A stretch of 64,000 bases of DNA from Hydrolagus colliei (taxonomy: Eukaryota): contig CM068748.1 in NCBI GenBank assembly GCA_035084275.1, forward strand, positions 3,286,001 through 3,350,000. The letters are read 5' to 3'. The notes below the pieces were generated by a model, which made no database searches, was not told where the DNA came from, and saw only the letters and a list, made by a program, of their open reading frames with translations. The position numbers and the translations under genes are program-made. Below are positions 12,166 through 24,907 of this stretch, one piece after another; position 1 is the first letter of the stretch, and every line of letters starts with the position of its first letter.

Positions 12166-12469
12166 CCAATGTACACTTCAATTTAAAAAAATTCTCGGTG
12201 ACAGAACAATTTGGAGCAGGAAAGCTGGATTTTTATTCCCTGTTTTAAACCTCTTTCACAAAAATACATTCTCCCCAGAAGTGAGAACAGCTCTTTCAGG
12301 TTGGATCGCCGCCACTCGCTGCTGAAAATACACTGATTAATGTTTTAATCTTGTAAAAGAGGCAGGATCTGAACCATTCAAGAACTTTGAAACTAAATTT
12401 GCGAATGAGATATCCCACTAACATGCACAAGCAATGGAGGTTACTTACAGTAGGATGTCTCGCTTGCAT

Positions 12470-12760
12470 GGGAATTCCTCATGTATGAGCCTAGACCTTG
12501 AGTGTTGGCTGGTCGTTCAACTTTTGTGAGCCATCATAACCAAACCCAATCCTGACGCCCACGCATAAAAGCTTTCCAGGAAGGAAAACATAAGGAACAG
12601 GAATGTTAGCTGACTTTTCCACTGTTCCTTGGGCCACCATGGTTTGCACATTGTTCTCCCAAACTGTTAGCCATCAGAGATCAGTTAGCCCTGCATGGAC
12701 TAGGCATGAAAGCTACGATATTTGGTCTATACCATTCAGTTCTGCACCAGGCACTTTGAA
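12470..12760 (-). mobile_element. Ancient SINE-like repeat (second family)
   Basis: Degenerate reverse-complement match to 29500-29830 (AATCAGCC.GGGT.CCTG.TCCTGAT, GCTGGAAAG, CATATGAAGAAT). Confidence 0.5.
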
Positions 12761-15338
12761 ATCTGGACGTAACAAAAATAATTGGATTTTTCTTTGAAAC
12801 CAGTAGTTCGAAGATTATAAAACTAAAAACATCCTTTGCAGCTTATGTCTGTGTGGTCCCTTTTTCGATCAATCACGCAAAGACGGGCACATGACAGTTA
12901 CTGGGGGTTTGAGAAGACCCTCAGATGCCGAGCCAACTCAAACAATGCTAGAAGGTGAAATTCCTCCCCAGTTTCAAGCTCTCCAGATGAAAATGAAATT
13001 AATGACACTTCCTGAGGCTGTGGGGCATATGTAGGAAACTGGTCGGTGCTAAACTAATCGTGAAGAATGAAAGCCTGTGACACATTGGCAGATGTGAGAA
13101 AGAAGTGTGAAGCGTAGAGTTCAGCCACAGTCTCGAAATATCAGGGAAAGCCTAACCTGATCCAAACTTTCAACACGTTTAACAAACAGTGGCAGAAGTG
13201 GACAAGGAGAGCCCATATTACCCAACTGACCTTGTGTTGAGTAACTCAACACAACTGCACACAACTAGATACACTAGTTGGAAACAAAGAGGTTTCATGT
13301 CAAAAGGTTTGTAACACTGCATCATACAAAAGAAAGTTTGGATTATGTAGCTTGACTTTTAATTGTGGTGCAAACACAATACATCATTTAGAGATCGACA
13401 TATAATATTGCTCTTAGGTCTGCAACCACGTCAACACAGCTGCAGAACAGCCACTTGTGGATTGTGAAGCTAGGACTTTTGTTCCTTCCATTATCCCCAC
13501 GTTTATTTAACGTGGAATAAATGCTGACAAGGAAAGGGACTGAGAGAGTGGAATGGTTTTAAGGGGCGTTGCTGCCCATGTGTGTCAATCACAGCATATT
13601 TCTCATGTAGAATCAGTACTGGCATACATTAGGCCCACCTCTAAAGATCCTCATGCTGAGGCTGATCTGGATACATCCCAGTGTAATCTCTTCGTGGTAC
13701 CGCATGCCACAGAGCAACCGAGTTTCCTTTGCGCCTAATTGCAATTACGACAGTTTAAAAGTTGTCCGTGCGTCTGGCACCTAAAGAAACATGTCCACCT
13801 CTAATAACCAAGCAAGTTGGAGTAGCATTTAACTTTGGATGGAAAAGGACAGAACAGGATGCGGAGGTAGGATGCAAGTTGCGTGAGGTAGAAGGAGATC
13901 ATTTAGAAAATGCACTAAGACGGGGAGATAATCCTTAGCATTTGTGCACTGTGTTTCTCTAATGCCTATTCCTATGGCTGTCAAGCTGGTATTTGCAATG
14001 TCAGAGGTACTGCGGCGTTTTGCCCATAGAATATACAGCCAATTCATTTCATAGTGTATTCTGTGAAACGCTTTGAAACCCCTCGAAGACATGAGAAGCT
14101 GCTATATCAAACACAAGGATTATTATTATAAAGGCTAAATGATAACAGCCCATTACCAGCTATTAAAGAAAATAGGCTTCTTCACGGGTGACAAAGTTCC
14201 TCCCATAATATATTTCATCCCTATGGTCAGGATGGTGAATGTTGTCATAAAATGTGGTGCAGAAGGTAACCATCAGAAAGGCAGTGGAAAAGATAGGTAA
14301 GACAATAGAGAATACAGATGGCAGAAAGCCATTGAAAAGGTTGTTTGATAATGAGATTTGACTGACCTCTGAGTTAAATGTACTCCAGATTTTGTAGAAT
14401 TGATTATATTGAATAATATATAGGGAATATGGCATTGATTGTATGTACTAATTTTACCAAACATGCTTTCAATCTACAGTTTAAAAGATGTGACTAATGT
14501 TTGAGGAAAGCAAAATTATATCTGACATTTTTAGGGCAAGACTTGAAAGAGAGCATAGCTTACTTATATCTCTTCTCATGTTACATCTTAATTTTCTTTG
14601 TTTTGCTGGACACCTGGTTGTGAAGTATATTTGGAAATTTGGAGCATTCAAAACCTGAGACAACAATGGCTAATCTGCCATGCATTGGGCCATAGTTGGG
14701 GGACACCTCAGTGTAATTGAACGGATGACAAATTAGCACTGTAAGGTATGGGATTCATTAGTCCTGTAAACTAGATTTATAAGCCTTAGACCAATGGAAT
14801 CAATAAAATCCTAATTCATTCCGTATGCCTTTGCTACACGACTGCCACTTTTAGAGGAAATTGGAACAATTTCCTTTTAAAGTCATAAGATACGATTTAG
14901 AAGAGGTCAATAAAAAGAGGAAGGAGGGGTGGAGTGGTGGGGAAGATGTACTGTTACAGTTGTGAAAGCCATTGTTAGGAAGAGAAAAGAGAGGTTTATC
15001 CTGAAGCTGAGTCATGCTATACTTGACCTGGCAGTTGATGTCGACAATCGAGGCCAAACCTGGCAAAATGTTCCATCCCCAGCATTGACATCGCTCACCT
15101 TTGCAAGTACAAAATGTCCACCACTAATTCCCACCCCTACTACCCCCAAAAAATATGGTTACTAGAAATGAGCTGTATCCTGCTTAAATCCTATCCCATT
15201 ATCCCCCAAAGTTCTGCAGTTTCTCTTTCTTCCTGAACTTTAAAAAGCTGGAAATAAAACAACAGATGTGAAAATGCTGCAGGTACTTCCTGAGTTTGGT
15301 GCTCTGATCATTCAGCACAGAACTGGCAAACCCTAATT

Positions 15339-15533
15339 AATAATAATCCTTGCATTTGATATAGCACTTTTCACGTCTTGTAAACATCTCAAAGTGCTTC
15401 ACAGAATATGTCGATGGATTATTATTAGGCGTGTGGAGTAAGGAAACTTGGCCAAGGTTTCGCCCCGTCTGGAATTGAGCCCAGGTTTCTCGCTTGCAAG
15501 CCGAGTTCTCCAACCACTGAGCTACAGGACTCC
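15339..15533 (-). mobile_element. Internally deleted tRNA-derived SINE
   Basis: Head GGAGTCCTGTAGCTCAGTGG and tail present; Deu segment absent. Confidence 0.8.
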
Positions 15534-17711
15534 AAGGTATGTATTTAAGGTATGTATTTAAGTCAGTTAATTGTGCTCTTTGAACAAGCCTTTCATTGAG
15601 TAGTATTAGCCCTTCATACTGCAATGTTATCCTCATACTACAGTGTTAATATGGAGAATCTCTTAATCTAAAATCGTAACATTAGCACAGAGAACCTCAA
15701 ACAATAATACTGCTTTAATGTCTTTACCATACCACTTGCTTTTACAAGTAATACAACAAGAATTGCGGTTTTGTTTGCTCATACCCTTCTTATTGTTTAT
15801 CGTAAAAGTCAACCGAATTACAGTGAAAGCCTCTTTGTGGAACCTCAAAGCACCTAAATGGGACATGGATAACGTGAAGTTTCATGCAGACCATTCAAAG
15901 CCAGAAAAAAAAGTCGCAATGACGTAATAACAATAATAATCCTTGCATTTGAGAAAGTGCTTTTCATGACTTCTACACATCTCAATGCATTTCACAGAAT
16001 ATGCTGTAAAGTGAATTGACTGTATGTTTGTGGGCCAAATTGTGGGCGACATCTAGAGGACTGCAGTGTGTAATGTGCACTAATGTGTCAGATGTGTTAT
16101 GTTACATTCTGGTGTGGTGTTCGAAGTTTGTTTCACATTTGAACTACTGTCCTATTTGATTTATATTTGGGCAGCGTTCATAACAGACGAATAAGATGAC
16201 ACATGCCCCCTGCTTTCCTGGCCTGTCCTTGGAACCGAGGCAGCACTTTCCCTCCCACAGTAACTTGGCCATTGCACACAAAGACTGCACATGTGTGCGC
16301 ATTGTATTTGCCTGTAATGTTCACACGTGGCTAGTCCTTGTAAAGTGGCCAAGATAAATAGCCACGCAGCATTTGGAAATGAAATTCGGCACCCATTTAG
16401 CTGCCAGTAAGCTTCCAAGCTCCAACTTTCTCTGGGAGACAGACCAACAATCGAGGTGGCCGATTTAGTATTCCTGCAGACTGTGCTGGCTTCAGATCAT
16501 GTATTAAACAGGATGGGGATTCAGGAAATTAGCATACGAGTCTGACATCCTCTTGTGGAGTACTAATCACAGCAAGAGTCCCTCAGCCCCCTCTTTTCCC
16601 GAATATTGTATTTCCAGTCTCAGTGAGTAACATTCAAGGCTACAGCTTTTAACATACTTACTTAAACAACAACCACCTCATTAACAGGACATTGTAAGGG
16701 CTTTGGAGGGAATTAAGAGTGAAGAGCAGAGCAATGAACAGCCCATTGCTGCAGACCCCTCCACTGAGAACACGAAGGGGAGCTACATGTTTCGTTCTTC
16801 TGGCCTGAAAGTGAATGTATTACATTTTATAGGCAATTGGTTGCACATAAATGCGAATTGTACACTCTGCACTTGAACACAAAAAGTAACTATTTGTAAT
16901 AAGAAAACTATAAAGCTTTCAAAAAAATGACAAAATGCATTTTCATTTGACAGAGCTTCATACAACAGGCATTCCAGGCTATTTAGAACTCAGGATGTTC
17001 TACTGTCGAGCTGTGTGAATGCTGTATGCATTAAGGGTAACCGGTAATCTCTCTCAGAGAAAAGAAACCATCACATGAGATTGAATTAAATTGCTTTAAA
17101 CGACTGTACTTTTAAACAGGAATTCTTAGCAAGGGATCTTATGTCGCAAAAATGAGGACACCTGGTCACCCAAAATAAGTCATTTTAGTTTTTACAGCAC
17201 AGAAGGTCAGCTAGCCCATCATGTTAGTGTTGGCGCTTTTGAGAATAATCCTTTTTGTACCATTTAACCCTGTAGTTGATACCGTGATCCACTTCCACCT
17301 ACTCCCAAAGTGAAGTTCCCGGAGGTCAAGAAGAATTCTAAACGAATTTCTGTGAAGAAATACTATAAATCAGGCCCTATTTATTGACTCAATTCAGATT
17401 CATGTAACAGTTTGGAGCGTGAAAACAATGATAATATGATCAGGAGAAATTGCGAGAGATTTATTTTCTTGCTGTGATAATGTACTGTTTTGTTGCTCTG
17501 ATAATAATCTACTTTTTAAAAAACTTTTTAAAATATTTTTTTATTTCACAGAATGCGATCAGAGTGCTTGAAGAGTTGGAAATACATTGAACAATTGCCA
17601 GATGAAAGAAGTTTCCAGAAACATAGGAAATTTGGTACAAGTGAGGATGACATGTGAACCAAATCAAATTCAGTTTTCATTTGTAGATTAAATTGTGAAA
17701 ATGTTATTCAT

Positions 17712-17717
17712 AATAAA
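17712..17717 (+). terminator. Putative polyadenylation signal of the FANK1 relic
   Basis: AATAAA ~120 nt after the stop of the terminal exon relic. Confidence 0.4.
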
Positions 17718-17814
17718 TAGTTATTAGTTTTGAAATCTTTATCAGTCAAAATTTGGTCTCTTTTTATTCTGCATACATTGTGTTGGTGTTTTTCTCAGTT
17801 ATCTTAGATCCGTT

Positions 17815-17968
17815 ACTCAATCCATGACTGTTTGTTGGACACTGCTGTGTGCAATTGGCTGCTGTGTTTTGTCTACAAAATACACAGTCAATTCATTTTA
17901 CAGTATATTCTGTGAAGCGCTTTGAGATGTCTCAATGATGCACGATATCAAATGCAAGATTAATATTA
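17815..17968 (+). mobile_element. SINE 3' half between the two convergent 3' ends
   Basis: CAATCCATGACTGTTTGTTGGACACTGCTGTGTGCAATTGGCTGC...AAATGCAAG. Confidence 0.8.
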
Positions 17969-18010
17969 CGACAAACAACTAATGATTCAGAGTGTATTAT
18001 TTGAACAGAT

Positions 18011-18016
18011 TTTATT
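18011..18016 (-). terminator. Putative ADAM12 polyadenylation signal
   Basis: AATAAA on the minus strand followed by a GU-rich downstream element (17972-17980). Confidence 0.6.
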
Positions 18017-18650
18017 GAATACTGGACAATTCACAAGCATAGTGTTGAATCAATGGCAAAAGGAATCAAACTCCAGAATAGCATTTCCTGTAAAACCTAA
18101 AATGTACAACAAACATGAAAAAGCTTAAATGGAATGTTAGATACATTTCATTTATATAATAAGGATTTGAATAGCTAACTGACCTACTAGTATATGTAAA
18201 TGCTACAAAAAGTGGGAGTATAGTTTAATCAATAAACTACATCAGATACTAATAGTAAGCTTGGAATTTCTTTTTTAAAAAACACATTTTACAAAATGGT
18301 TTTGCCAGAAAAAGTAAGCAATGCAGTGGTTTCGTTTGAATGAATTCTGTGAATCGGTCCAATCTGCGCTGAATTATTTATCTGAGTATCTGTGTCTTAT
18401 TTCAGCTGTTTAAAGATTAATAGCACATTGTGTTTAGTGGTGCCCTAGGAACTTTAGAGCAAATACATTCACTCTGCTAAGATGCAATTAGACAGAATGT
18501 TATCACTGAAAAAATGATCACAATTACAACACTCAGAGAATTTGTCCTTTAAGAAAATTCAGCTACTGGAAAAGTGTCTACCACATTGCATGGCATTGTA
18601 ATAAATATTCAACATAAATTAATAATTTACAAGTACCTGAGCAAGTACAC

Positions 18651-18675
18651 AGCACCATCAGGAGTCACAGCACCA
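18651..18675 (-). promoter_or_regulatory. Tandem miR-29 7mer-m8 seed sites
   Basis: TGGTGCT twice on the ADAM12 sense strand (18651-18657 and 18669-18675). Confidence 0.65.
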
Positions 18676-19423
18676 AAAACAGTAGCTCAGAATCCCTTTA
18701 TCTATTAATGCTATATTATATAAATCAGATTAACGAGTGCCAGTCAATTAGGTCACCACCTTTGGCGATGTGAGCTTACCACTTATTTACAGTATAAGTC
18801 TGCATTTGAAAACTCCGGGTTAGCGCCTGCTAACTCATGCGTTGCTTCGGGTTATACGGAGATAACTTGCCTAGCCGTGTGAGATCGGAAATCACGCAGA
18901 AATTTGATGGTGGGGCTAATTCAATAGCATTTCACATGCATCCTGGGGGTGAGACAACACTTATACAATGAGTGGCTTGGACAAAGAACAAGGGTGGTGT
19001 CACACAGGTGTTATATCTAGCTGGTGTCCAATTATACAGTGAAAGCACTGAAAATGTTTGGCGCTTTTGCTCTCTAGAAATATTTATTTTGTAAGCCTAC
19101 TGCTAGAAGCTGAACCGAATGCATTTTTAAGTGTGGATCCTTTCTTCAGTTGAAGCAGGGTCGATAGGTTGGAGAGTGGGGAGTGTCGCCCACCAGATTC
19201 CGGTGAGCCATTGCTAAGGGCCCTGGTAAACTTTGTCGTGGCACCATGATCTCGCAGAGGGATTCTTTCATTGTATAAAATATTCATACTCTATGTACAG
19301 AGAGCTCATCGTTTAGAAACTACTTCCTCTTCCAAAAGGTGACAGAAAAAGTACAGTTTTGTCATCGCCCGAGCCTTGCCAACCTTTGCAAATGCCAAGA
19401 AATAATATCAAAAGGCTTATAGA

Positions 19424-19641
19424 GGAAGTCTAACTTGGGGTATTCCTAAATAAAGAACCTTGCTAGAATTCTCTGTCGGAATGTGGGATCTCTGCTCCTG
19501 AAGAAGATTACAACAGAGTGGAAATTCCTGGGGGAGGGAGGACATCATGAGACACTTCCAGTTTCCTGAAGCAGTCCCACTTGTGAGACCCGGATTCCTC
19601 GTTAAGGAATCCTGTTAAGAAATACTGCAAATTAGACTCCC
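19424..19641. mobile_element. ~215-bp MITE-like element in the ADAM12 3'UTR
   Basis: Imperfect terminal inverted repeats (AGTCTAACTTGGGGTATTCCT / AGAAATACTGCAAATTAGACT); second copy in the opposite orientation at 32321-32533. Confidence 0.6.
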
Positions 19642-19801
19642 AAAGTGTCATGCAATGCTGACGCAGCATATACACATACAGCAGAATCATTTCCGTTCAT
19701 AATGCTGGTTAATAAATGTACTAACTCCACATTCACTCCTCCGATAGTGCAAACACGTTTGGTCAGTTGCTGGCAGGCAAAGTTCTTCAGTCGTTTAAAT
19801 A

Positions 19802-19853
19802 TCAACAATGTTGGTTAATTTTGCTATATTGCTGAGGCTTCTTGGGTGCTGGC
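19802..19853 (-). CDS. ADAM12: ADAM12 last coding exon (~exon 23)
   Basis: tttcAG acceptor, phase 2; (R)PAPKKPQQYSKINQHC*; matches human RPAPQYPHQ start. Confidence 0.8.
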
Positions 19854-22800
19854 CTGAAAGAAATCAAATAATATTCCATTCAATGAAATCAGACTGAATT
19901 CACATTGTTTCTTTGGGCTTTGCTTGCATTAGAATCATTATTGCCAACAACTCCACAAGGATTTTATTCACAAACTCATGGGTTTTAACTCCTCTCATCA
20001 CACTAACACTATGAATTGTCTCTCATGTTTCTGTTAAAAAAAGCCTCAGTGCCTTGGGACATCCTCCCATCATGAAAAGTACTATATAAATGTAATGTTG
20101 TTGTTGTTGTGGCTGCCAAGCAGGACGCCTCACAGGTAGTGAGCTCACAGTGAGCAAATTGTTGATACTGATAACAACCTCTGTGCTCTATCACAACACT
20201 AATTAAAATCTGCCTCCTTATCCTAGAGTATTTCACTACACAAGAAGGCCATTAAGAACTATCTGATTTATCCCAATTTTAGGCCACACCTTATGCCATG
20301 GACCCTATTTGGAAAGGATAAAAAAAATCACTGAGCCACCTTTCCGCTAAACATTAGCTGTGCACAAGATATAGTGTTACAATGGGAGAAGAATGAATCA
20401 CCTTGGACCACTTCATCTAAAATAAATAATACATTGCAACGTGAAGGGAACTCACATAGATGGATTATATTGTAATCAAGTGGCTCCTGGAGAGTAAGGA
20501 AATGATGTTAAACTGGGAAAGAGGAAATTATACTGCTGATTATTATAAATATGGCAATGTTTTGCAGCCCTGTGGCCTAGGGGTGTGTTTTAAATAGGAA
20601 CTAATGGATAACTGGGAGCAAGTTAAAAGGTACTAATCAAATCATATAGGTCTGGTGATATAACCATCACATCAAACCACTGTGGGTTTGAAGTATCATT
20701 AGACCCTGATCGGAGAACATCATTTATAAGTTTCTTCTCAGGTAGCTAGTGTTTAAATCAGTTCATATTATCTTTGTTTGTTAGGGCAGGGAAGCTGTAT
20801 TGCTTTGGGGTAAGTGAGTGGGTGACAATGTTCAGTATACAGAACAATCATAGTCAAAATGGCAGTAGTTTCGTGGGTGAATACAACAACTTGCATTCAT
20901 ATAGTGCCCTTCACGCCGAACGGCATCTCAGAGTGCTTAAATCCGCTATATTTTTATACATAAACAGCTATATAAATACAAGCTGTGTCTCCATTCTAGA
21001 GAGTGGGAAGAACCTTGGGTTACTGTTTGTGATCACTAGTGATCCTTGTAGGATTTGTAAATTTGTGGCACAGAATTGAACACCATCAATTAGTCTTGGG
21101 ACGTCCTCCGGACGTGAAAGGCGCTCTATAAATGTCATTTTGTTGTTGTTATAGTCCACAAACATTCACTGACCAGGTTCCCACATGTTGGGACAAAGTA
21201 TCAGAGAGCCAAGCATTCAGTGTGAGTCAACAGCAGAGGCATCGGGAGGAAAATCAGGAAGAAACGAACCACTTTCAGGTAGAACTTGTTGACAACAGAT
21301 GTTTTTGAAAAATAACACAAATGAAATGGAGACGATTGATATTTTGCTCGCTGGTTTGGATTCTGAAGCAAATTATATCAGGATTGGCTGTAAGCAGCCC
21401 TTTCCAACTTTCAATGCAACTGAGCTGATTAGAAACAACCTTCTGTGTCACATCAATGCCTGTGACACTGGTAATAGGATATTAACCAGTTTTATTCCAT
21501 TGTAGCTTAGCATACTTGGGTTATAAATATGTTGAGAAGATATCATAACCCATGCAACAAATTACCGAGTGACATTTTAGTCTGTGTCTCTTTTCAAATA
21601 AATCATTCCACAGCGTTTCGTGACACTACTGAAGCCTTTCAAATGGGAACTGTGTGTGGCCGAGAATCAAAAGCCTCAAGGGTTTCAGAAGCATTGGTTA
21701 CACTTGACATATTCTGAGCGCACGTCTCCAATGAACATTTAAAAAAAAATCGGAACTTTCCTTTCATCCCCAATGTTATGACTGACTATCTTTGAACTAT
21801 GAAATCAACTCCTCAAATGTTGGTTTCTTTATGGAAAGAATTCCCAGACAGTAAATCTTAACTGGTGGCCTAATTGGATAAAGACAGGTTTTCGTTTCTG
21901 TTGATAAATCCAGTCGGAATTAAAGCAAGCCCGTTGACCTGGGTGATAAATGAAATCTGACTACACTATAATACTGGGGTTTTGAAACTTTAGGCAGTGA
22001 CCTTCTCTGGGGTAATGGGTCTGGCAGCTGGAATGTTTAATAACTAAACACTGAGTAATCCACCGGCGTTTGATTAGACAACCTACACTGTAATCCTGAA
22101 TTAGCCAAAGGACAGTAAAGTTCATCAGACAAAAAAAACACAAACACAGCTTCACTAGCTCAATATCACATTTGATAAAAACTGAATTGAATTGCATTAG
22201 GTATCCCTTTGTGTCTGCAGCTTTAGCTTAAAGTATCAGTACTTATACAGACAAGAGTCATACTGGGAGTTAATGGGGGATAAATACTTCACATATCTGA
22301 CGCTCTGATATGCCGTCCGGCGTGAAGGGTGCTATGTAAATGCACGTTGATGTTGTTATTCTTGTATCTCTACCTATGCCTTTTGTAGCTGTACTATCTC
22401 TCCTTGTATTTTCATTTCTCTTTCTCTGCTATCAGCGAGCAGTAGTTTTGTCACAGTAAATTATACCGGAAAAGTTAGATTAAGCGCGATCAAAATGTCA
22501 AAAGTCACACATACGATTTTTACGACTTTCATGATCATTGAGAGTGCATTTAACTACAGGGAATGGAACCTTCAGGAGATTTTCTCAATTAAATAGCTGA
22601 AATGTTGGGAGCAGTTTATACAGAATATTTCTTCATTTAGTTGTCAGCAGCCTTTTTGTTTCCTGACTCCCTTTTGCTTCCCAAAATCAGGGGTGCTCAA
22701 CTCCATTTCATTGCCTCTTTCATCTCTGCTCCCCCACCCATTACCCCTGCTCCCCCAAATCTTACTCAGTTCTGCTCTAGCACTCTACTTATTCCCCCAA

Positions 22801-23118
22801 CTCCTTACATTATCCCGTTATGTCTTCTTATATAGCTCCAACAGATAACAGCTCTGACATAGCTTTCCTTGAGGCTGAAGATCTTACAACTTACTGAGCT
22901 GTTTGAGAGTCAAATGTCTCCAAGTATTAAGAACATAATAAATGCTAGACGATAAAAAGACCAAGATTCCACCCAGTTTCCACCTTTCTGGCAATTCCAT
23001 GCACATATGTCCCGAACCACCTATGCACTATATCCCATAATGTTATTTCCTAAAAGAATAAAGTCACGGCAACAGCCAAAGAGGCATCATCGACAGATAC
23101 ATTGAATAAATAGCTCAC

Positions 23119-23234
23119 CTGACAGGTTTGATTTGGAAGTCAGGGTTCTTCAGAGAGGAGGCATTAAACTGAGATGGTCTGTTTGTAGGATTGGCTGGCA
23201 GCGGTTTCTGTGGAGGATTGCGTATGGAAGGTGC
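23119..23234 (-). CDS. ADAM12: ADAM12 cytoplasmic exon (~22)
   Basis: APSIRNPPQKPLPANPTNRPSQFNASSLKNPDFQIKPV(R); conserved NPPQKPLPA; 116 nt, AG/GTGAGC. Confidence 0.9.
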
Positions 23235-24907
23235 CTGTAACCAGGAAACAAAACCTGTTTAGGCACAGGTCCCAAACGTATCTGGACGCAACATAAATAT
23301 TCAGTTCTGCAAACCACTGGAATTTCTCACTCTCGTTAGAATTTGTTTATTGATTATACATGTTTATGGTGAATTACCAGTAAAAGTGCAATAGTTAACT
23401 TAATCTGACTATGCAATTCTTTTCAGCGGCAATACAGAATTTTGTGTCTTGTGGTATGTTTTTAGCTGTTTTAGTTGGATGAAACTGTGTCTGTTCTAAA
23501 CACACACATATACACACACACATTTATATTCATATTATCCATACACTTTATATATATATAGTTCTCAAATCTTAGAAACTTCCAAATTTATTTATCAACC
23601 TCCACCAATAAAAATAACCATTTGGTTTGGCTTTGTTGGCTTTCTAATGATTATAATTGTGAATGCAAATTACTCGCAATTACGATTGTATTACAGCCTA
23701 TAAAATGATTCTCTTGTGCACTTACAAAATGCTTAATAATAATAATTACTCTTATTATGGTAAATAACAGACGTTTATAGTTTGGATTAATGGGAAGATC
23801 TTGGAACACTACTTAGGCAAGACAAGTTAAAACTTGGGTCATTGCATATCATTGCCTAACCTCTCCAATATGAGTTCAGTAATTTTGACACAAATTGCGA
23901 TAATGTTTATAATGGACAAACAGTGGAAAAGGTTTAAGCCCTTTAGTGAAGTTCAAATATTTTATCATCTAAGATTAAATGGATCTTTGGATTTAGAATT
24001 TATTCAGCACTTTGATGTTACCATGGTGATATGTGTGCTTGCCAGGCTGATCTTTTTCTAAACAGAGGAAGATGCAATGATCAAATCTTTACACGCCATG
24101 AAAACAATGTGGGAAAATGTCAGGAGGAGAACGCTTTCACTCTCTGTTAGATACTAGTCGTTGCCTAAAATCTTGCCATTCAATAGGACTAAATCAGGGA
24201 AGATTCATTCATATTATTGGACCACCTTGATTACATTGGCAATGTTCTCCTAGAGAAAGGTGACAGGAATACAGGCGATGTGTTTACCTTTATATAAGAA
24301 GATAAAAAGCACGAAAGGTGAAATTAAAGGGAAATATATCAAATTAGTGACAAAGAACTAGTTTGCAGTTCTTCGAAACAGTGCTTCATATTTGCTTAGT
24401 ATTGTCAAATAATCCTTTCTTTATAAGGATTCTTTGTTAAGTCGATATATCAAATGCAAGGATTATTATTAATATTATTCTTATAAAAGAGAATGCACAG
24501 CAAGTAGTACAGAAATGTCAGTCCAACAGAACTAAAGATTTAATGAGGTTTGACCTGATATTTAAAGCGACAAGTGACCTTTGCTGAACAATGAATTAAT
24601 GGAATAGAGAGAGTAGTTCAAATAGTACGACGCTTCATTATATCTTTATGTTTTATATTAATGCTTCATTTAATGCACATAGCAGCAATGGATCCAGAAA
24701 AACATCCACTGCTTAACATCCTCTGTTATATTTCTAATAGGTTGCAAAAGATATTGCACTAAGTATAGCTACTGTAGACAAAGGCAAATCGACTGGCAAA
24801 TGATTCAGAAAAATCTGAGAGACAGTGCTTTTTTGTGCATGAGGCTTCTTTTGATTTGCTCAGTGGGTTGCAATGACCTTCATTGAATACACAAAGCCAA
24901 AGGTTAC

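Larger units (their letters stand above)
4547..17590 (+). pseudogene. FANK1: FANK1 (fibronectin type III and ankyrin repeat domains 1) disabled gene, multi-exon relic
   Basis: Exon relics in human FANK1 order. 4547-4723: GKVTHHSIQL / KGHQKQWLYFSIEEKDPETH in two frames. ~11244-11325: weak, KKISASQLY. 11467-11539: GVKVDILDKMGFIPFIAAAQKG. 14231-14296: MVNVVIKCGAEGNHQKGSGKD. 14587-14745: CFAGHLVVKY..GAFKT*DNNG*SAMHWAIVGGHLSVIERMTN*HCK. 17552-17590: NAIRVLEELEIH*. Tail-to-tail with ADAM12 as in human. Confidence 0.85.
17990..19801 (-). other. ADAM12: ADAM12 3'UTR (approximate distal end)
   Basis: Follows the stop at 19802-19804; AATAAA at 18016-18011 with a GU-rich GTTGTTTGT ~30 nt downstream; contains miRNA seed matches and UGUANAUA elements. 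Confidence 0.65.
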
